Of a stretch of DNA of 64,000 nucleotides, positions 7,686 to 17,147 are shown piece after piece. The position numbers and the translations under genes are program-made. The first letter of the stretch is position 1. Each line of letters begins with the position of its first letter. The notes beneath the pieces are model-generated. The model saw nothing but the letters and a program-made list of their open reading frames with translations, was not told where the DNA came from and did not search any database. The DNA is from Planctomycetota bacterium (GTDB taxonomy: Bacteria; Planctomycetota; Phycisphaerae; Phycisphaerales; Phycisphaeraceae), in NCBI GenBank assembly GCA_039188575.1, contig JBCCYY010000010.1, forward strand, positions 4,836 to 68,835. The letters run 5' to 3'.

Positions 7686-10600
7686 TTAATCGTTGCGCAG
7701 CGCATCGGTAAGCCGGCCGCTGAGCGCGGGCATCAGGCCGAGCACGATCGCGGCGAGGCCGACGAGCAGCGGGGCGATGTAGGCTAGCGCGGTCGTCCAC
7801 AGGATCAAGCTAGAACTGCTTTGTGCGTGCATCGTGGCGAGCCAAGCACTCGCGCTGCCGAGCGATAAGCCGACGATGAGGATCACCGCGTGCTCGGTCA
7901 GGACGATGCGGGCGATCCGTTTTCGGCTCAGGCCAACCGCGCTAAGTAAGGCAAGCTCGGACCGCCGCTCGAGCAGGTTGCGCGCGGTGACGATGCCCAG
8001 GCCCAGCGAGCCGAGCAAGACGCCGAGCCCACCAAGCGACTGGAAGACGGCGAGGTACGTGTTCTGCACCCGGTTGTACTCCGCGAGGCGCTCGTTCGTT
8101 GGTGTAATCGTCGCGCCTTCATCGACGAGCACTTCGTTGAGCAGCTCTCTTGTTTCGCCAGCGGCTTGCCCCGAGACCGCATCGACGAGCAGCATGCGGT
8201 GGCCTGAGGTCGAAGGGAAGACCCGTTCGAAGTCTCGCTCGTTGATGATCAGGCTGCCCTGGAGGATGGTGTTCTCGATCGTGCCGACGAGTTGGAGCGT
8301 GACCGGCCGGCCCTGCTCGTCCGGCACGGTGACCGTGTCACCGACTGCGATCTTGAGTGCCCACTGCGCGGTGTTGGCGTCGGCGATGACGGGGATCATG
8401 CCGCGCTTATTTGGTGTTGATGCATTCAGAACGCCCCAACCGCTTGCCTTGTAGGCCACCTTCTGAAACCTGAACGCTGCTCGATCGGCGAGCAGCGCGG
8501 GGTCCACACCAAGTAGCCTTGGCGTCGGTGTCTGGTTCAGGTTCAAGCAACTCGCATCGTCGCCACCGCTGACACGGAAGGGCACAACGGAGCCTGTAGG
8601 CAACTCGTCTTCGCCTAGGACGTAGTGGTCTCGGCCGAGCTCGGTATTGAGGTCGTAGCGGATCGGCTGGCTTGTTTCGACGAGTAGCGCGAACCCGCCG
8701 GTACCCGAGGCGCGGTTGGTCGGGTCGTCGGTGCTGCTGAGTTGGAAGCCAGATACAGCGTAGACCAGGAACAGCCCTGCGCCGAGCATGAAGACGCCCG
8801 CAAGCGTACGGCCGCGTCGTCTTGTGAGATTCAAGACCGAGAGCGCGTTGTTCCACCGGAGCAGTGGCCCGGGGCTTTGCCCGCCGCCGCGTCGGATCAG
8901 GACCGTGAAGAGCAGCAGTAGCCCGCCGGCAAACCCAACCCCGCCTGCGGCAAAGCCGAACAGCGCACCGCGCATGCCTGTCTGCGTGTTTGTTATGGCG
9001 AGTAGTAGCGCGATGGCGATACCCGCGACAGCGAGGCCCGCCGTGATCTGCCACGAGAACCGAGAAGCTGACGACACCTTGCCGACACCGCCGGCCAGCA
9101 GTTCCCGCGCATGGTGCTTCGTCAAACCGCGGATTGCGATCGCCATCGCCAGCACGCAGATGATGAGCGTGACGAGCGGTCCAATCACCAGGGTCGTGGC
9201 GGGCATGTGCAGCAGCACGGCCGAGCCTGCCACCGCGCCGGACCACACGCCGGCCAGCGCATTGGTCACGCTGTAGGCGTAAGCCACTGCGCCGCCAACG
9301 CCGAGCAGCGCACCAACGAACGCGACGATCACCCCCTCACCAAGTAGGAGCCGCATGGCCTGACTTCGTGTTAGGCCGAGGGCCAGCAGGGTGCCGAGCT
9401 GTCTCGCACGCTGCTCGGCCGACATCGTAAATAGCATCACAGCCAGCACGATCGCAGCGATGATGATGAAGCCCGACAGCGAGAGGAACAGCTGGCCGAA
9501 GTCGACGGTACCGATCGCGGCGGCGTTGGCCTGGGCTTTGATGTCTGTTACAACGAGACCGAGTGCTTCAGCGTCGATGCGTTCGAGCAGTTGCTCCTCG
9601 GTGATCTCGTTGTCGAAGCGGATCGCAGTCAGTGTGCCGAAGCGGTTGGTCCACAGCCGTTGGCCTGTTTCGAGGTTGATGAAAGCCTTGGGCGTCGCGC
9701 GGTAGTCATCCCAGTAGGCCTCGTCCTTGTCGCGGATACGCGAGCGGTCGATCGCGGGCCCGGCGTCCCATCGTGAGAGCGTGTCCGCTTCGGCCAGCCC
9801 GGGGAAATCAGGTGTGAGCGTGCGGTCAGCGAATTTGCCTTCAAGTGGGACGATCTGTGCGATTGTCAGCGTCGCTGATGCTTCCACGAGACGATCGCCT
9901 TCGTCGGGAAGGAAATAGGTCAGCGTGAGCGTATCACCGATATCGGCGCCCAAGTCTTCGGCAAGCCATTCATTGACCGCGATTTCGTCGTCGGCAAGGT
10001 CCAAGTTGCCGAGCTGATTGGCCGCCGTCACCATGGCGTAAGGCGATTCGTTGCCATCGAGTGCAACAGTATTGACCATATACGTGAGGATGCGTTGGCC
10101 CGGCAGGTCGGCGAGATCGCTCTCAATCGATGGGTCGAGGAAAATACGATCGGTTGCGAGCTCTTGCTGACCGCCGCGCGGCTGCAGGATCAGTTGCAGG
10201 TCATCCAAGGACGGTTCAAAAGGCCCGATCGACTCGGCGGACAAGGCGAGGTTCACCTTGCCGGGTTGCCCGAGTTGGTCGGCTAGCCAATTCCGATCGA
10301 CGAAGACATTCAGTGGAGTCGTCTGTTCGGCACGGAGGCTGAACCGGCCGCCCTCATCATTGCCTGGGACATAGTCTTGGAGATCGACCTGGAGCGCGAG
10401 CGATGGTTTACTCGCGTTGACTAAAGCCGCATCGATCGGCAGTGCCGAGGGTTCAGCTACACGGATGATGAATGTTTCATTTGATTCGAGCCCGAGTTGA
10501 TCCTTCAGTGGTTGGTTGATTAAGACACTGTTCCCAGCGGGAAGAACAGCGATGTTCATCAAACCAGCAAATGCTGCATCGATACCAATCAGCGTGACGT

Positions 10601-10901
10601 TATTCGCTCGCCTGTTTCCATCAGGCGTTGAGGCTACGCCTTCTGCGATGATAACACCGCTGCTACCTTCACCAAATGATTGAGCGAGGCTATCGGTAAA
10701 GAAGCGATCGCCACCGATGACAGCCTGCTCGATGTTGCCGAGGCGTTGTTTCGCCGCTTGCGAGAGTGTGTAACGCATCGAATCCCCGACGAGCAGGGCG
10801 CCGGTGATGACGGTGCTGGCCAGGGCAACGCCTAGCATCACGCCCAGGTTCGTCCGCCAGAAGCGCGACATCGACTGCAGCATGAGGCGGTACAGCGTCA
10901 T
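7686..10901 (-). CDS. ABC transporter permease, tandem MacB/FtsX repeats
   Basis: 1071 aa with two MacB-periplasmic + FtsX-like halves (R..xLGTLLALGL, RRSELALLSAVG). ATGA overlap with the upstream ATPase. Confidence 0.9.
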   Translation of the reverse strand: MTLYRLMLQSMSRFWRTNLGVMLGVALASTVITGALLVGDSMRYTLSQAAKQRLGNIEQAVIGGDRFFTDSLAQSFGEGSSGVIIAEGVASTPDGNRRANNVTLIGIDAAFAGLMNIAVLPAGNSVLINQPLKDQLGLESNETFIIRVAEPSALPIDAALVNASKPSLALQVDLQDYVPGNDEGGRFSLRAEQTTPLNVFVDRNWLADQLGQPGKVNLALSAESIGPFEPSLDDLQLILQPRGGQQELATDRIFLDPSIESDLADLPGQRILTYMVNTVALDGNESPYAMVTAANQLGNLDLADDEIAVNEWLAEDLGADIGDTLTLTYFLPDEGDRLVEASATLTIAQIVPLEGKFADRTLTPDFPGLAEADTLSRWDAGPAIDRSRIRDKDEAYWDDYRATPKAFINLETGQRLWTNRFGTLTAIRFDNEITEEQLLERIDAEALGLVVTDIKAQANAAAIGTVDFGQLFLSLSGFIIIAAIVLAVMLFTMSAEQRARQLGTLLALGLTRSQAMRLLLGEGVIVAFVGALLGVGGAVAYAYSVTNALAGVWSGAVAGSAVLLHMPATTLVIGPLVTLIICVLAMAIAIRGLTKHHARELLAGGVGKVSSASRFSWQITAGLAVAGIAIALLLAITNTQTGMRGALFGFAAGGVGFAGGLLLLFTVLIRRGGGQSPGPLLRWNNALSVLNLTRRRGRTLAGVFMLGAGLFLVYAVSGFQLSSTDDPTNRASGTGGFALLVETSQPIRYDLNTELGRDHYVLGEDELPTGSVVPFRVSGGDDASCLNLNQTPTPRLLGVDPALLADRAAFRFQKVAYKASGWGVLNASTPNKRGMIPVIADANTAQWALKIAVGDTVTVPDEQGRPVTLQLVGTIENTILQGSLIINERDFERVFPSTSGHRMLLVDAVSGQAAGETRELLNEVLVDEGATITPTNERLAEYNRVQNTYLAVFQSLGGLGVLLGSLGLGIVTARNLLERRSELALLSAVGLSRKRIARIVLTEHAVILIVGLSLGSASAWLATMHAQSSSSLILWTTALAYIAPLLVGLAAIVLGLMPALSGRLTDALRND

Positions 10902-11614
10902 GCGGTTGCCCCATCAACGAGCTGGCCTTCTTCAAGCCGAAGCGTCTGGTCCAGACGCTTGGCTAGTGTATCCGCGTGAGTGACCATCAGCATCGCGGTC
11001 TGCTCGGCCTGGTTGAGCTCAATTAACAAGTCCATGATCTGGTCGGCGGTCTTGCTGTCCAGTGCCCCGGTCGGCTCATCGACCAGCAAGAGGGCGGGGC
11101 GGTTGATCAGGGCGCGAACGATGGCGACACGTTGTCGCTGCCCGCCTGAGAGCTGGTCGGGGCGGTGGTGGATGCGGTCACCCAGGCCGACGCGCGTGAG
11201 TAATTCGGTCGCGCGCTGCTGGCTACCCTTGCGGTCGATGCCTTTGGCGAGTGTGGGGATCAGCGCGTTCTCGAGCGCGGAGCACTGGGGGAGCATGTGG
11301 TGCTCCTGGAAGACGAAGCCGATCTGTTTGGCACGGAGATCGGCTTGTTGTATTGCGTTGAGTGAGGTGGTGTCTTTGCCAGCGATCGAGATAGAGCCGG
11401 CGGTTGGTGTGTCAAGAGTGCCGATGAGGTTTAGCAGAGTGGTCTTGCCGCAGCCGCTTGGGCCGATGATCGCGGCGGAATGACCTGTGTGCAGGCTGAG
11501 GTCAATGTCTTTGAGGACAGTCACCTCGCCGCCGTCCGCGTCGGGGTAGGTCTTGGTCAGGCCCTGAACGGACAGGATTGGGCTGTCTGCTGCGTTGGCT
11601 GCGGGTTCGCTCAT
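10898..11614 (-). CDS. ABC transporter ATP-binding protein (LolD/MacB-type)
   Basis: GPSGCGKT Walker A, LSGGQ signature, LLLVDEPTGALD Walker B, H-loop MVTH. Confidence 0.95.
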   Translation of the reverse strand: MSEPAANAADSPILSVQGLTKTYPDADGGEVTVLKDIDLSLHTGHSAAIIGPSGCGKTTLLNLIGTLDTPTAGSISIAGKDTTSLNAIQQADLRAKQIGFVFQEHHMLPQCSALENALIPTLAKGIDRKGSQQRATELLTRVGLGDRIHHRPDQLSGGQRQRVAIVRALINRPALLLVDEPTGALDSKTADQIMDLLIELNQAEQTAMLMVTHADTLAKRLDQTLRLEEGQLVDGATA

Positions 11615-12876
11615 GATTGCACCTCACGCCACCGCTTCGCCTTCATCTCGAATTTGGGTAGCGTGCCTTCCGCGGCCGCGCTAACCGGCACGCGTAGGCT
11701 CAATGCATCTCGCATCGCCTCGGCGATCAGTTTGCAGAGCGCATCGACATCAGTACAACCCGCGCCGGGTTCGATCCTTACAGACAACTCGTGCATCGCT
11801 CCGCTTGTTTCAATCAATACCTCGTATTCCGAAACCTCTTCGAAGCGGCGCACGATGGCATCGATCGCGGAGGGGTAGACGTTGACGCCACGGATGAGCC
11901 GCATGTCGTCGATCCGGCCGAGGATTCCGCCGACGAGCCGCATCGGGTCGGCTGGGTCTTGTTTGACGAGGTCGCCGGTGCGGTAGCGGAGCAGCGGGCA
12001 GGCGGTACGTTTGAGTGTGGTGAGTACGAGCTCGCCTTCGGTGCCGGGTTCAACGGGTTCGGTCGTTTGCAGATCGATGACCTCGACGAGGAAGTAGCCG
12101 TCGACTACACGCAGCGCGTGCGTAGTGCTTCCAGGGGTGTTGTGCTGGTAGGTCACAGGTCCGACCTCGGTCATGCCGTGGTGGTCGTAGAGCCTAGCAC
12201 CCCACGCGGACTCGATGCGCCCGCGCACCGCGGGGAGCGACCCACCGGGTTCGCCCGCGACGATAAGGCGAGCGACGGGTGAGTTGCTGAGGGGTTGCCC
12301 GGCCGCTGAAGCGGCATCGGCCAGGTGGAGGGCATAGGTCGGGGTGCAGCAGATGGTGTTGATGGCGTTGTCGTCGATCATCGCGAGGCGGGCGCTCGTG
12401 CTCATCCCGCCGGCGGGGAGGCACATCAGGCCCATCTGAGCTGCGGCCTCGTAGGCGGTCCAAAACCCGAGGAACGGGCCGAACGAGAACGCGAAGAGTA
12501 CGCGGTCGTCTCGCTTGCAGCCGGCCTGCTCGAAGACGATCTGCCAGACGTCGAGCATGCTTTGCCACGACTGCGGTGTGTCGATGATACGCAGCGGCTT
12601 ACCGGTCGTGCCGCTGGTCTGACAGAAGCGGGTGTACTGGTCGATCGGGAAGCTGTGATTGCTGCCGTAGGGCGGGTGGGCGAGTTGGTCTTCGACGAGC
12701 TGCTGCTTCGTCGTGAAAGGCATCTGCTGAACGAACTGTTCTATGGTGACGTGGCCGGTGTCTTCAAGCCCGGCCGCTTGCAGCAACGGTTGGTAGAACG
12801 CGTTTCCTTCTTGGATTGCGCGCAACAGAGCGCGCAAAGCCTTTGTTGTCGTCGAGTTGTCGATTACGGATGACAA
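11611..12876 (-). CDS. phenylacetate-CoA ligase (PaaK)-family aryl/acyl adenylating enzyme
   Basis: QTSGTTG P-loop, CCTPTYA, VAGEPG, DHHGMTE, PLLRYRTGD, GRIDDM..IRGVNVYPS, PKFEMKAKR. TTG start is uncertain. Confidence 0.85.
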   Translation of the reverse strand: MSSVIDNSTTTKALRALLRAIQEGNAFYQPLLQAAGLEDTGHVTIEQFVQQMPFTTKQQLVEDQLAHPPYGSNHSFPIDQYTRFCQTSGTTGKPLRIIDTPQSWQSMLDVWQIVFEQAGCKRDDRVLFAFSFGPFLGFWTAYEAAAQMGLMCLPAGGMSTSARLAMIDDNAINTICCTPTYALHLADAASAAGQPLSNSPVARLIVAGEPGGSLPAVRGRIESAWGARLYDHHGMTEVGPVTYQHNTPGSTTHALRVVDGYFLVEVIDLQTTEPVEPGTEGELVLTTLKRTACPLLRYRTGDLVKQDPADPMRLVGGILGRIDDMRLIRGVNVYPSAIDAIVRRFEEVSEYEVLIETSGAMHELSVRIEPGAGCTDVDALCKLIAEAMRDALSLRVPVSAAAEGTLPKFEMKAKRWREVQS

Positions 12877-12891
12877 GGGCTATTCCAACAG

Positions 12892-12964
12892 CCGCGATGC
12901 TACGCATCGCAGGATTTACCTGACAGAGTTGGTTGCGAGTCGCCAGCGACGCGTAGCGTCGCGG
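12892..12964. repeat. REP-like inverted doublet
   Basis: CCGCGATGCTACGCATCGC (12892-12910) and GCGACGCGTAGCGTCGCGG (12946-12964) are 17/19 inverted repeats; each arm is itself a 7-bp hairpin with a 3-nt loop. Intergenic. Confidence 0.7.
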
Positions 12965-13501
12965 TTATTCCTGCTGCGCGTTTTCAGTCGGTGTGGGCTT
13001 GCCGTGCGGCACGGGTTTGGGCTTCTGGGTCACGATCAGGTACGCCCCGACCGCCGCAAGCACGATACCCAGGAGGAACAACGGCTTGACCTGGCCCCAC
13101 TGTTTGTCCATCGTGATCGCGACCGCGGCATTCACCAGCGGGGCCCCCGCGAAGATCAGCGACATCACGACCGCTGGCTTGCCGCCCGCTCCGAACGCGA
13201 GCAGCACGCCGAACGCGCCGACGGCTCCGACGATGCCCGCGATCAGCGACCAGCTCATACCGCTGCCGGTCATCTTCCAGTCCGATCCGGTAATGAGCAG
13301 CATCACGAGCGGCGCGAGTACGGCAACGAGGAAGTACGCGATGCCGACGAAGAGGAAGGCCTTGTACCGCGCATTCGGATCACCGGGGCTCATCAGCACC
13401 TGCCCCTTGTGCAGGAAGATGCCGTAGAGCCCCCACGTGCCAATAGTCAGCAGTACGAAGAGGAGGTAGGACGATGAAGAGGAGGAGCTTTGAGCGAGCA
13501 T
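12965..13501 (-). CDS. small integral membrane protein, EamA/DMT-like transporter
   Basis: 178 aa with about five hydrophobic segments and Gly-rich DMT-like motifs (SLIAGIVGAVGAFGVLLAFGAGGKPAVV..LIFAGAP). Confidence 0.6.
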   Translation of the reverse strand: MLAQSSSSSSSYLLFVLLTIGTWGLYGIFLHKGQVLMSPGDPNARYKAFLFVGIAYFLVAVLAPLVMLLITGSDWKMTGSGMSWSLIAGIVGAVGAFGVLLAFGAGGKPAVVMSLIFAGAPLVNAAVAITMDKQWGQVKPLFLLGIVLAAVGAYLIVTQKPKPVPHGKPTPTENAQQE

Positions 13502-13509
13502 ACGGTTTC

Positions 13510-13944
13510 TCAGTTTTCTGGATCAATCACAACGAGGGCCTGGTCGATCTCTGCCGGTAACGACGCGGCCTTAAACTTGCCTTCACCGGCGGGCTTGATA
13601 GCGTAAACCACCTTGAGCGTGCCGGTTGCGATCGGGTCGGATTCGTCTGCCTTGCGGAACGCGAAGCCGTAGGTCACGGACTTGTTGGTCTTGGCTTTGA
13701 CAAAGACATCGACCGTGAAGACGTCCTCAAAGCGAAGCGGCTTCTTGTAGTCGCACGCCGCACTGACGCGGGGGAAGCCCGCTACGTCGTCGCCGATATC
13801 GCGATGCACCGATAGGCCAAGGTCGCGGAGCAGCGCGTGCTCGGCGTCTTCCATGTACCGGAAGAAGTGCGAGAAGTGCACGATGCCCGCGGCGTCGGTC
13901 TCGCTGAAGGCGACGCGTCGTGTCATGCGGAAGGTGCTAGGCAT
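13510..13944 (-). CDS. 4HBT/YbgC-family hotdog acyl-CoA thioesterase
   Basis: RRVAFSETDAAGIVHFSHFFRYMEDAEH signature; CDYKKPLRFED. Confidence 0.9.
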   Translation of the reverse strand: MPSTFRMTRRVAFSETDAAGIVHFSHFFRYMEDAEHALLRDLGLSVHRDIGDDVAGFPRVSAACDYKKPLRFEDVFTVDVFVKAKTNKSVTYGFAFRKADESDPIATGTLKVVYAIKPAGEGKFKAASLPAEIDQALVVIDPEN

Positions 13945-15221
13945 GCGGCCTCCAGGGCGGTTACGACGTGCAGTGACATGTGCTCGGCGGTAAACTGCTC
14001 GAGGACGGCTTTGCGTCCGACTTGCCCGAGCGCTCGCATCCGGGCAGGTTCGCTGATCAGCTCGGCGAGCTTGTCGGCCAGCGACCCCGGGTCGTCGGGT
14101 TCATACAAGATACCCCCGCCGGTGAGGGCGACAACCTCGGCCAGCCCCGCGTGGTTGGGCTCGATCACGGGGACGCCGCAGGCGTTGGCCTCAAGGACGT
14201 ACAGTCCGAAGGATTCGCCGTAGCTCGCGGGCACACTGAGCACGGACATCCCGCGCAGCAGGTGGGCCTTGTCTTGTAGGCTGACGTTGGTCTCGATGAG
14301 CACGCGGTCGGCCAGGCCCGCATCCGCCAGCCGCTTGTGCTGCTCATCGACGTAGCGCATATCCTTAGGCGAGGCCGCGCCGGCCAGGTGCAGGCGTGCG
14401 TTACCCAGCCGGCCGCGCTCATGCAGCAGTAGCACCGCGTCGACGAGCGTATGCAGCCCCTTGTTCTCGCAAAGCCGGGCGAAGAAACCGATTACCGGCG
14501 GGTCGGGCGGGTTGTCTTGTGGTTTGTAGTGCTGGGCCTCGATGCCGTTGTATACCACGCGGATCCTCTCGAACGACAGACCCATCCGGTCCGCCATCAC
14601 GTCCGCGTGGTACCGGCTGACCGGGAGGAACAACGCGACATCCCTCGCCTTCTCGGCGAGCAGTTTCCAGGCATTCGACCGCCAAGGCTCGGGCAGCGAA
14701 TCGATAAATGTATCCTCGCCCTGCAGGGTGCAGACCACCGGGCAGCCCATTACCTTGACGATCGGCTCGGCCAGGCCGAGCAGCAGCGCGTTGTTGAGCA
14801 GCACAACGTCTGGCGAGCCCTCTTGCCTGAGGTGTTGGATGAGGCGGTCGATTTCCAGACGTGTCTTACCGTGCTCGCCTAGTAGCATCTGCTCGGTCAT
14901 CCGGCCGAGTTCCTGTGGGCTGGTCATGTCGGCTCGGTTCGATGCCTTGCGCAGAAGCCCCGGCCGGTCGAGCCAACGCATCGCGGTGTTGGGCATGATG
15001 CGGAACAGCGCAGACTTCGCCTGGAGGTACAGGCCGATGCCACCCATGCTCACGTCATCGCCGTCGATGCCCTCTTCATTGTCGAGGACCAGCGGCAGGT
15101 AGAGCGCGTTGATCGCGGCGTCATGGCCGAGCTTTCGCAGCCCCCGCACGAGCGACTCGTCGTGCAGGCAGCTGCCGCAGTGAAAGTTGCCGGTGCCGGG
15201 CGTGAGGAGGAGGACTTTCAT
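13923..15221 (-). CDS. glycosyltransferase family 4 (GT-B) with N-terminal CxxC
   Basis: MKVLLLTPGTGNFHCGSC; C-terminal GT1 domain GFFARLCENKGL...ESFGLYVLEANACGVP. An alternative GTG start exists at 15281. Confidence 0.9.
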   Translation of the reverse strand: MKVLLLTPGTGNFHCGSCLHDESLVRGLRKLGHDAAINALYLPLVLDNEEGIDGDDVSMGGIGLYLQAKSALFRIMPNTAMRWLDRPGLLRKASNRADMTSPQELGRMTEQMLLGEHGKTRLEIDRLIQHLRQEGSPDVVLLNNALLLGLAEPIVKVMGCPVVCTLQGEDTFIDSLPEPWRSNAWKLLAEKARDVALFLPVSRYHADVMADRMGLSFERIRVVYNGIEAQHYKPQDNPPDPPVIGFFARLCENKGLHTLVDAVLLLHERGRLGNARLHLAGAASPKDMRYVDEQHKRLADAGLADRVLIETNVSLQDKAHLLRGMSVLSVPASYGESFGLYVLEANACGVPVIEPNHAGLAEVVALTGGGILYEPDDPGSLADKLAELISEPARMRALGQVGRKAVLEQFTAEHMSLHVVTALEAACLAPSA

Positions 15222-15285
15222 GGGGTTCGTCAGAGCACGAAGCGCAAGCGAGTGCCCCAGGTTCTCGATGTTCTGCGTCACTCGC

Positions 15286-16569
15286 TTACGCTTTGTGTTC
15301 CGCCAAGACTAGCGGCCTGCCGTAACTCAATGGCCTAGGCACATCGACGAACTCAGCGGTGGCTTCAAACAGCGATGTGAAGTCCGTGGACATCTTGCCG
15401 ATAAGGCAGTCGGTCAGGTCGCTGCGCAGGTGCGGGTGCTTCTTGAGGAGGTCGGCGAACGAGAAACCCTCTGCGTAGAAGGCGTACACCAGCTTGCGCA
15501 TCGCTTCGATACCGTTCTGAAACTCGTCGGTGTATTTCTCGAAGCGTTCGGCCGAAGGGTCGTCGTGCTTGAGCGCTTCGTGCACGGTGTCGGCGGCGAG
15601 TTGCCCGCTGGTGAGCGCGAGGAAGACGCCTGACGAGAACACCGGGTCGAGGAAGCCGAACGCGTCGCCCGTCAGGACTAGCCCGTCCGTTGCGCTGTGC
15701 TCTGAGCGGTAGGAGTAGTCGCCGGTCACCCATGTTTCGCCGAACTGCTCGGCGTCCTGCATGACGTCTTTCACCCACTGGTTGGATTCGATCTCGCGTT
15801 CCATCACCGCGAGCGGGTCCTTGAGCCCGTCGCGATAGAGGTAGGACCGCTCGCCGACAACACCGAGACTGATCCGATCGTCGTGCATCGGGATGTGCCA
15901 GAACCAGCCCTTCTCGGGGACGTAGGCGACGGTGGTCGCGCCTTCGTCCCGGCCCGCGCCGCGCTTACCACCCTTGTAGTAGGTCCACAGCGCGATCTTG
16001 TTGAGCTGTGGGTCGCGCTTGCGCTTCCAGCCCATCGCGTTGGCGGCGAAGCCGTTACGACCCGACGCGTCGATGGTCATCGGCGCATGAAGTTGGATCG
16101 TCTGGCCGTGCTCGTCCTTGGCCTCGATGCCGACCACGCGGCCTGTGTCGTCTTGCAGGACCTTGCTCGCTGAGACACCGAAGCGGACATCGACGCCGTG
16201 GTCATTGGCGTTGTCGGTCATCATCATGTCGAACTTCGCGCGTTCGACCTGCCAGGTCTGGCCTGCGGGGTGGCCATCGAGGTGGTCGGAGAAGTAGAAC
16301 GGCTGAGACATCCGCCCGTCCATCGTGGCGAACTGCACCGAGTACTTCCTAACGAACGCGGTCTTGTTGAGTTTGTCCACCATGCCCAGGCGCTGGAGCG
16401 TCTCGTAGCAGAAAGGCAGCAGCGACTCACCGACATGGTAGCGCGGGAAGCCCTCGCGTTCGAGCAGGACGACCCGTCGGCCGTGCTGTGCTAGCAGTGT
16501 CGCGGCAGAAGAACCGGCCGGCCCGGCGCCGACCACAATCACATCGTACTGGTTGTTTCTACTAATCAT
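15286..16569 (-). CDS. flavin-dependent halogenase-family oxidoreductase
   Basis: GAGPAG (GxGxxG), FPRYHVGESLLP, FVRKY (candidate catalytic Lys), GWFWHIP (WxWxIP), GDAFGFLDPVFSSG (FxxPxxSxG). Halogenating activity itself is inferred. Confidence 0.8.
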   Translation of the reverse strand: MISRNNQYDVIVVGAGPAGSSAATLLAQHGRRVVLLEREGFPRYHVGESLLPFCYETLQRLGMVDKLNKTAFVRKYSVQFATMDGRMSQPFYFSDHLDGHPAGQTWQVERAKFDMMMTDNANDHGVDVRFGVSASKVLQDDTGRVVGIEAKDEHGQTIQLHAPMTIDASGRNGFAANAMGWKRKRDPQLNKIALWTYYKGGKRGAGRDEGATTVAYVPEKGWFWHIPMHDDRISLGVVGERSYLYRDGLKDPLAVMEREIESNQWVKDVMQDAEQFGETWVTGDYSYRSEHSATDGLVLTGDAFGFLDPVFSSGVFLALTSGQLAADTVHEALKHDDPSAERFEKYTDEFQNGIEAMRKLVYAFYAEGFSFADLLKKHPHLRSDLTDCLIGKMSTDFTSLFEATAEFVDVPRPLSYGRPLVLAEHKA

Positions 16570-16577
16570 GGCAAATA

Positions 16578-17147
16578 CTAGGCCTGCGTACTAAATGGGT
16601 CTAGGGGAGGTAGGATTTCAATGATCTGGGCGATTGCCCGCCCGTCGGGCATCTTAAGCTCATTTTTCCGGCCGTAGAGCGACCCCTCCGTGACGTGGAG
16701 GGCTTGGCAGAGCAGCTCGTCCGGGTCGACCTCGAGGTAGGCCGAGGGGTTGGAGACGTAGGCGACACCGTGCTCGCGGAGGACCCGGCCCAGCGGGACC
16801 CTGCACTCGGCGACGAGCTCGCGGGTTTCCCCATCGAAGCAGGACAGGTCAATCCGGATCGCGCCGAACTCAGCGGGCCGGCCGTCGTCCTTGCCCATGA
16901 GCGAGACCTGGCGGTAGAGCGAGTCGCCCTCGAGCCGCTTGACGTGGACGCGGAGGGTCATGGGCTGCTTGAAATACGTCTCGAGCGTGCCGGTCATGTC
17001 GCGGTCGTGGGCCAGCAGCGTGCGATATGGCTCGGGCAGCTCCTCGGCCTCGAGGATCCGTGCGCGGGTCACGCCCTTGCTCGCGTCGCAGTCGAAGCAC
17101 GAGAGCGGGTAGAGGATGTCGCTGGTGGGGGAGTCGGTCATACTCAT
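16578..17147 (-). CDS. chorismate pyruvate-lyase-like (UbiC/DUF98 fold) protein
   Basis: LLAHDRDMTGTLE...LYRQVSL...EFGAIRI...PLGRVLREHGV...YGRKNEL...IIEILP pattern typical of the chorismate lyase fold. ATGA-coupled to the radical SAM gene. Confidence 0.65.
   Translation of the reverse strand: MSMTDSPTSDILYPLSCFDCDASKGVTRARILEAEELPEPYRTLLAHDRDMTGTLETYFKQPMTLRVHVKRLEGDSLYRQVSLMGKDDGRPAEFGAIRIDLSCFDGETRELVAECRVPLGRVLREHGVAYVSNPSAYLEVDPDELLCQALHVTEGSLYGRKNELKMPDGRAIAQIIEILPPLDPFSTQA

Noticed and set aside
7686-11614. lolCDE lipoprotein release system
   Set aside because: The ATPase is LolD-like, but the permease is a 1071-aa tandem MacB/FtsX fusion within a metabolic operon; the substrate cannot be assigned.
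16578-17147. Methanopterin/methanofuran (C1 transfer) or ubiquinone cluster suggested by the DUF98/UbiC-like gene
   Set aside because: No RFAP synthase, mch, mtd, fae, ubiA, ubiD or ubiX genes are visible in the window.
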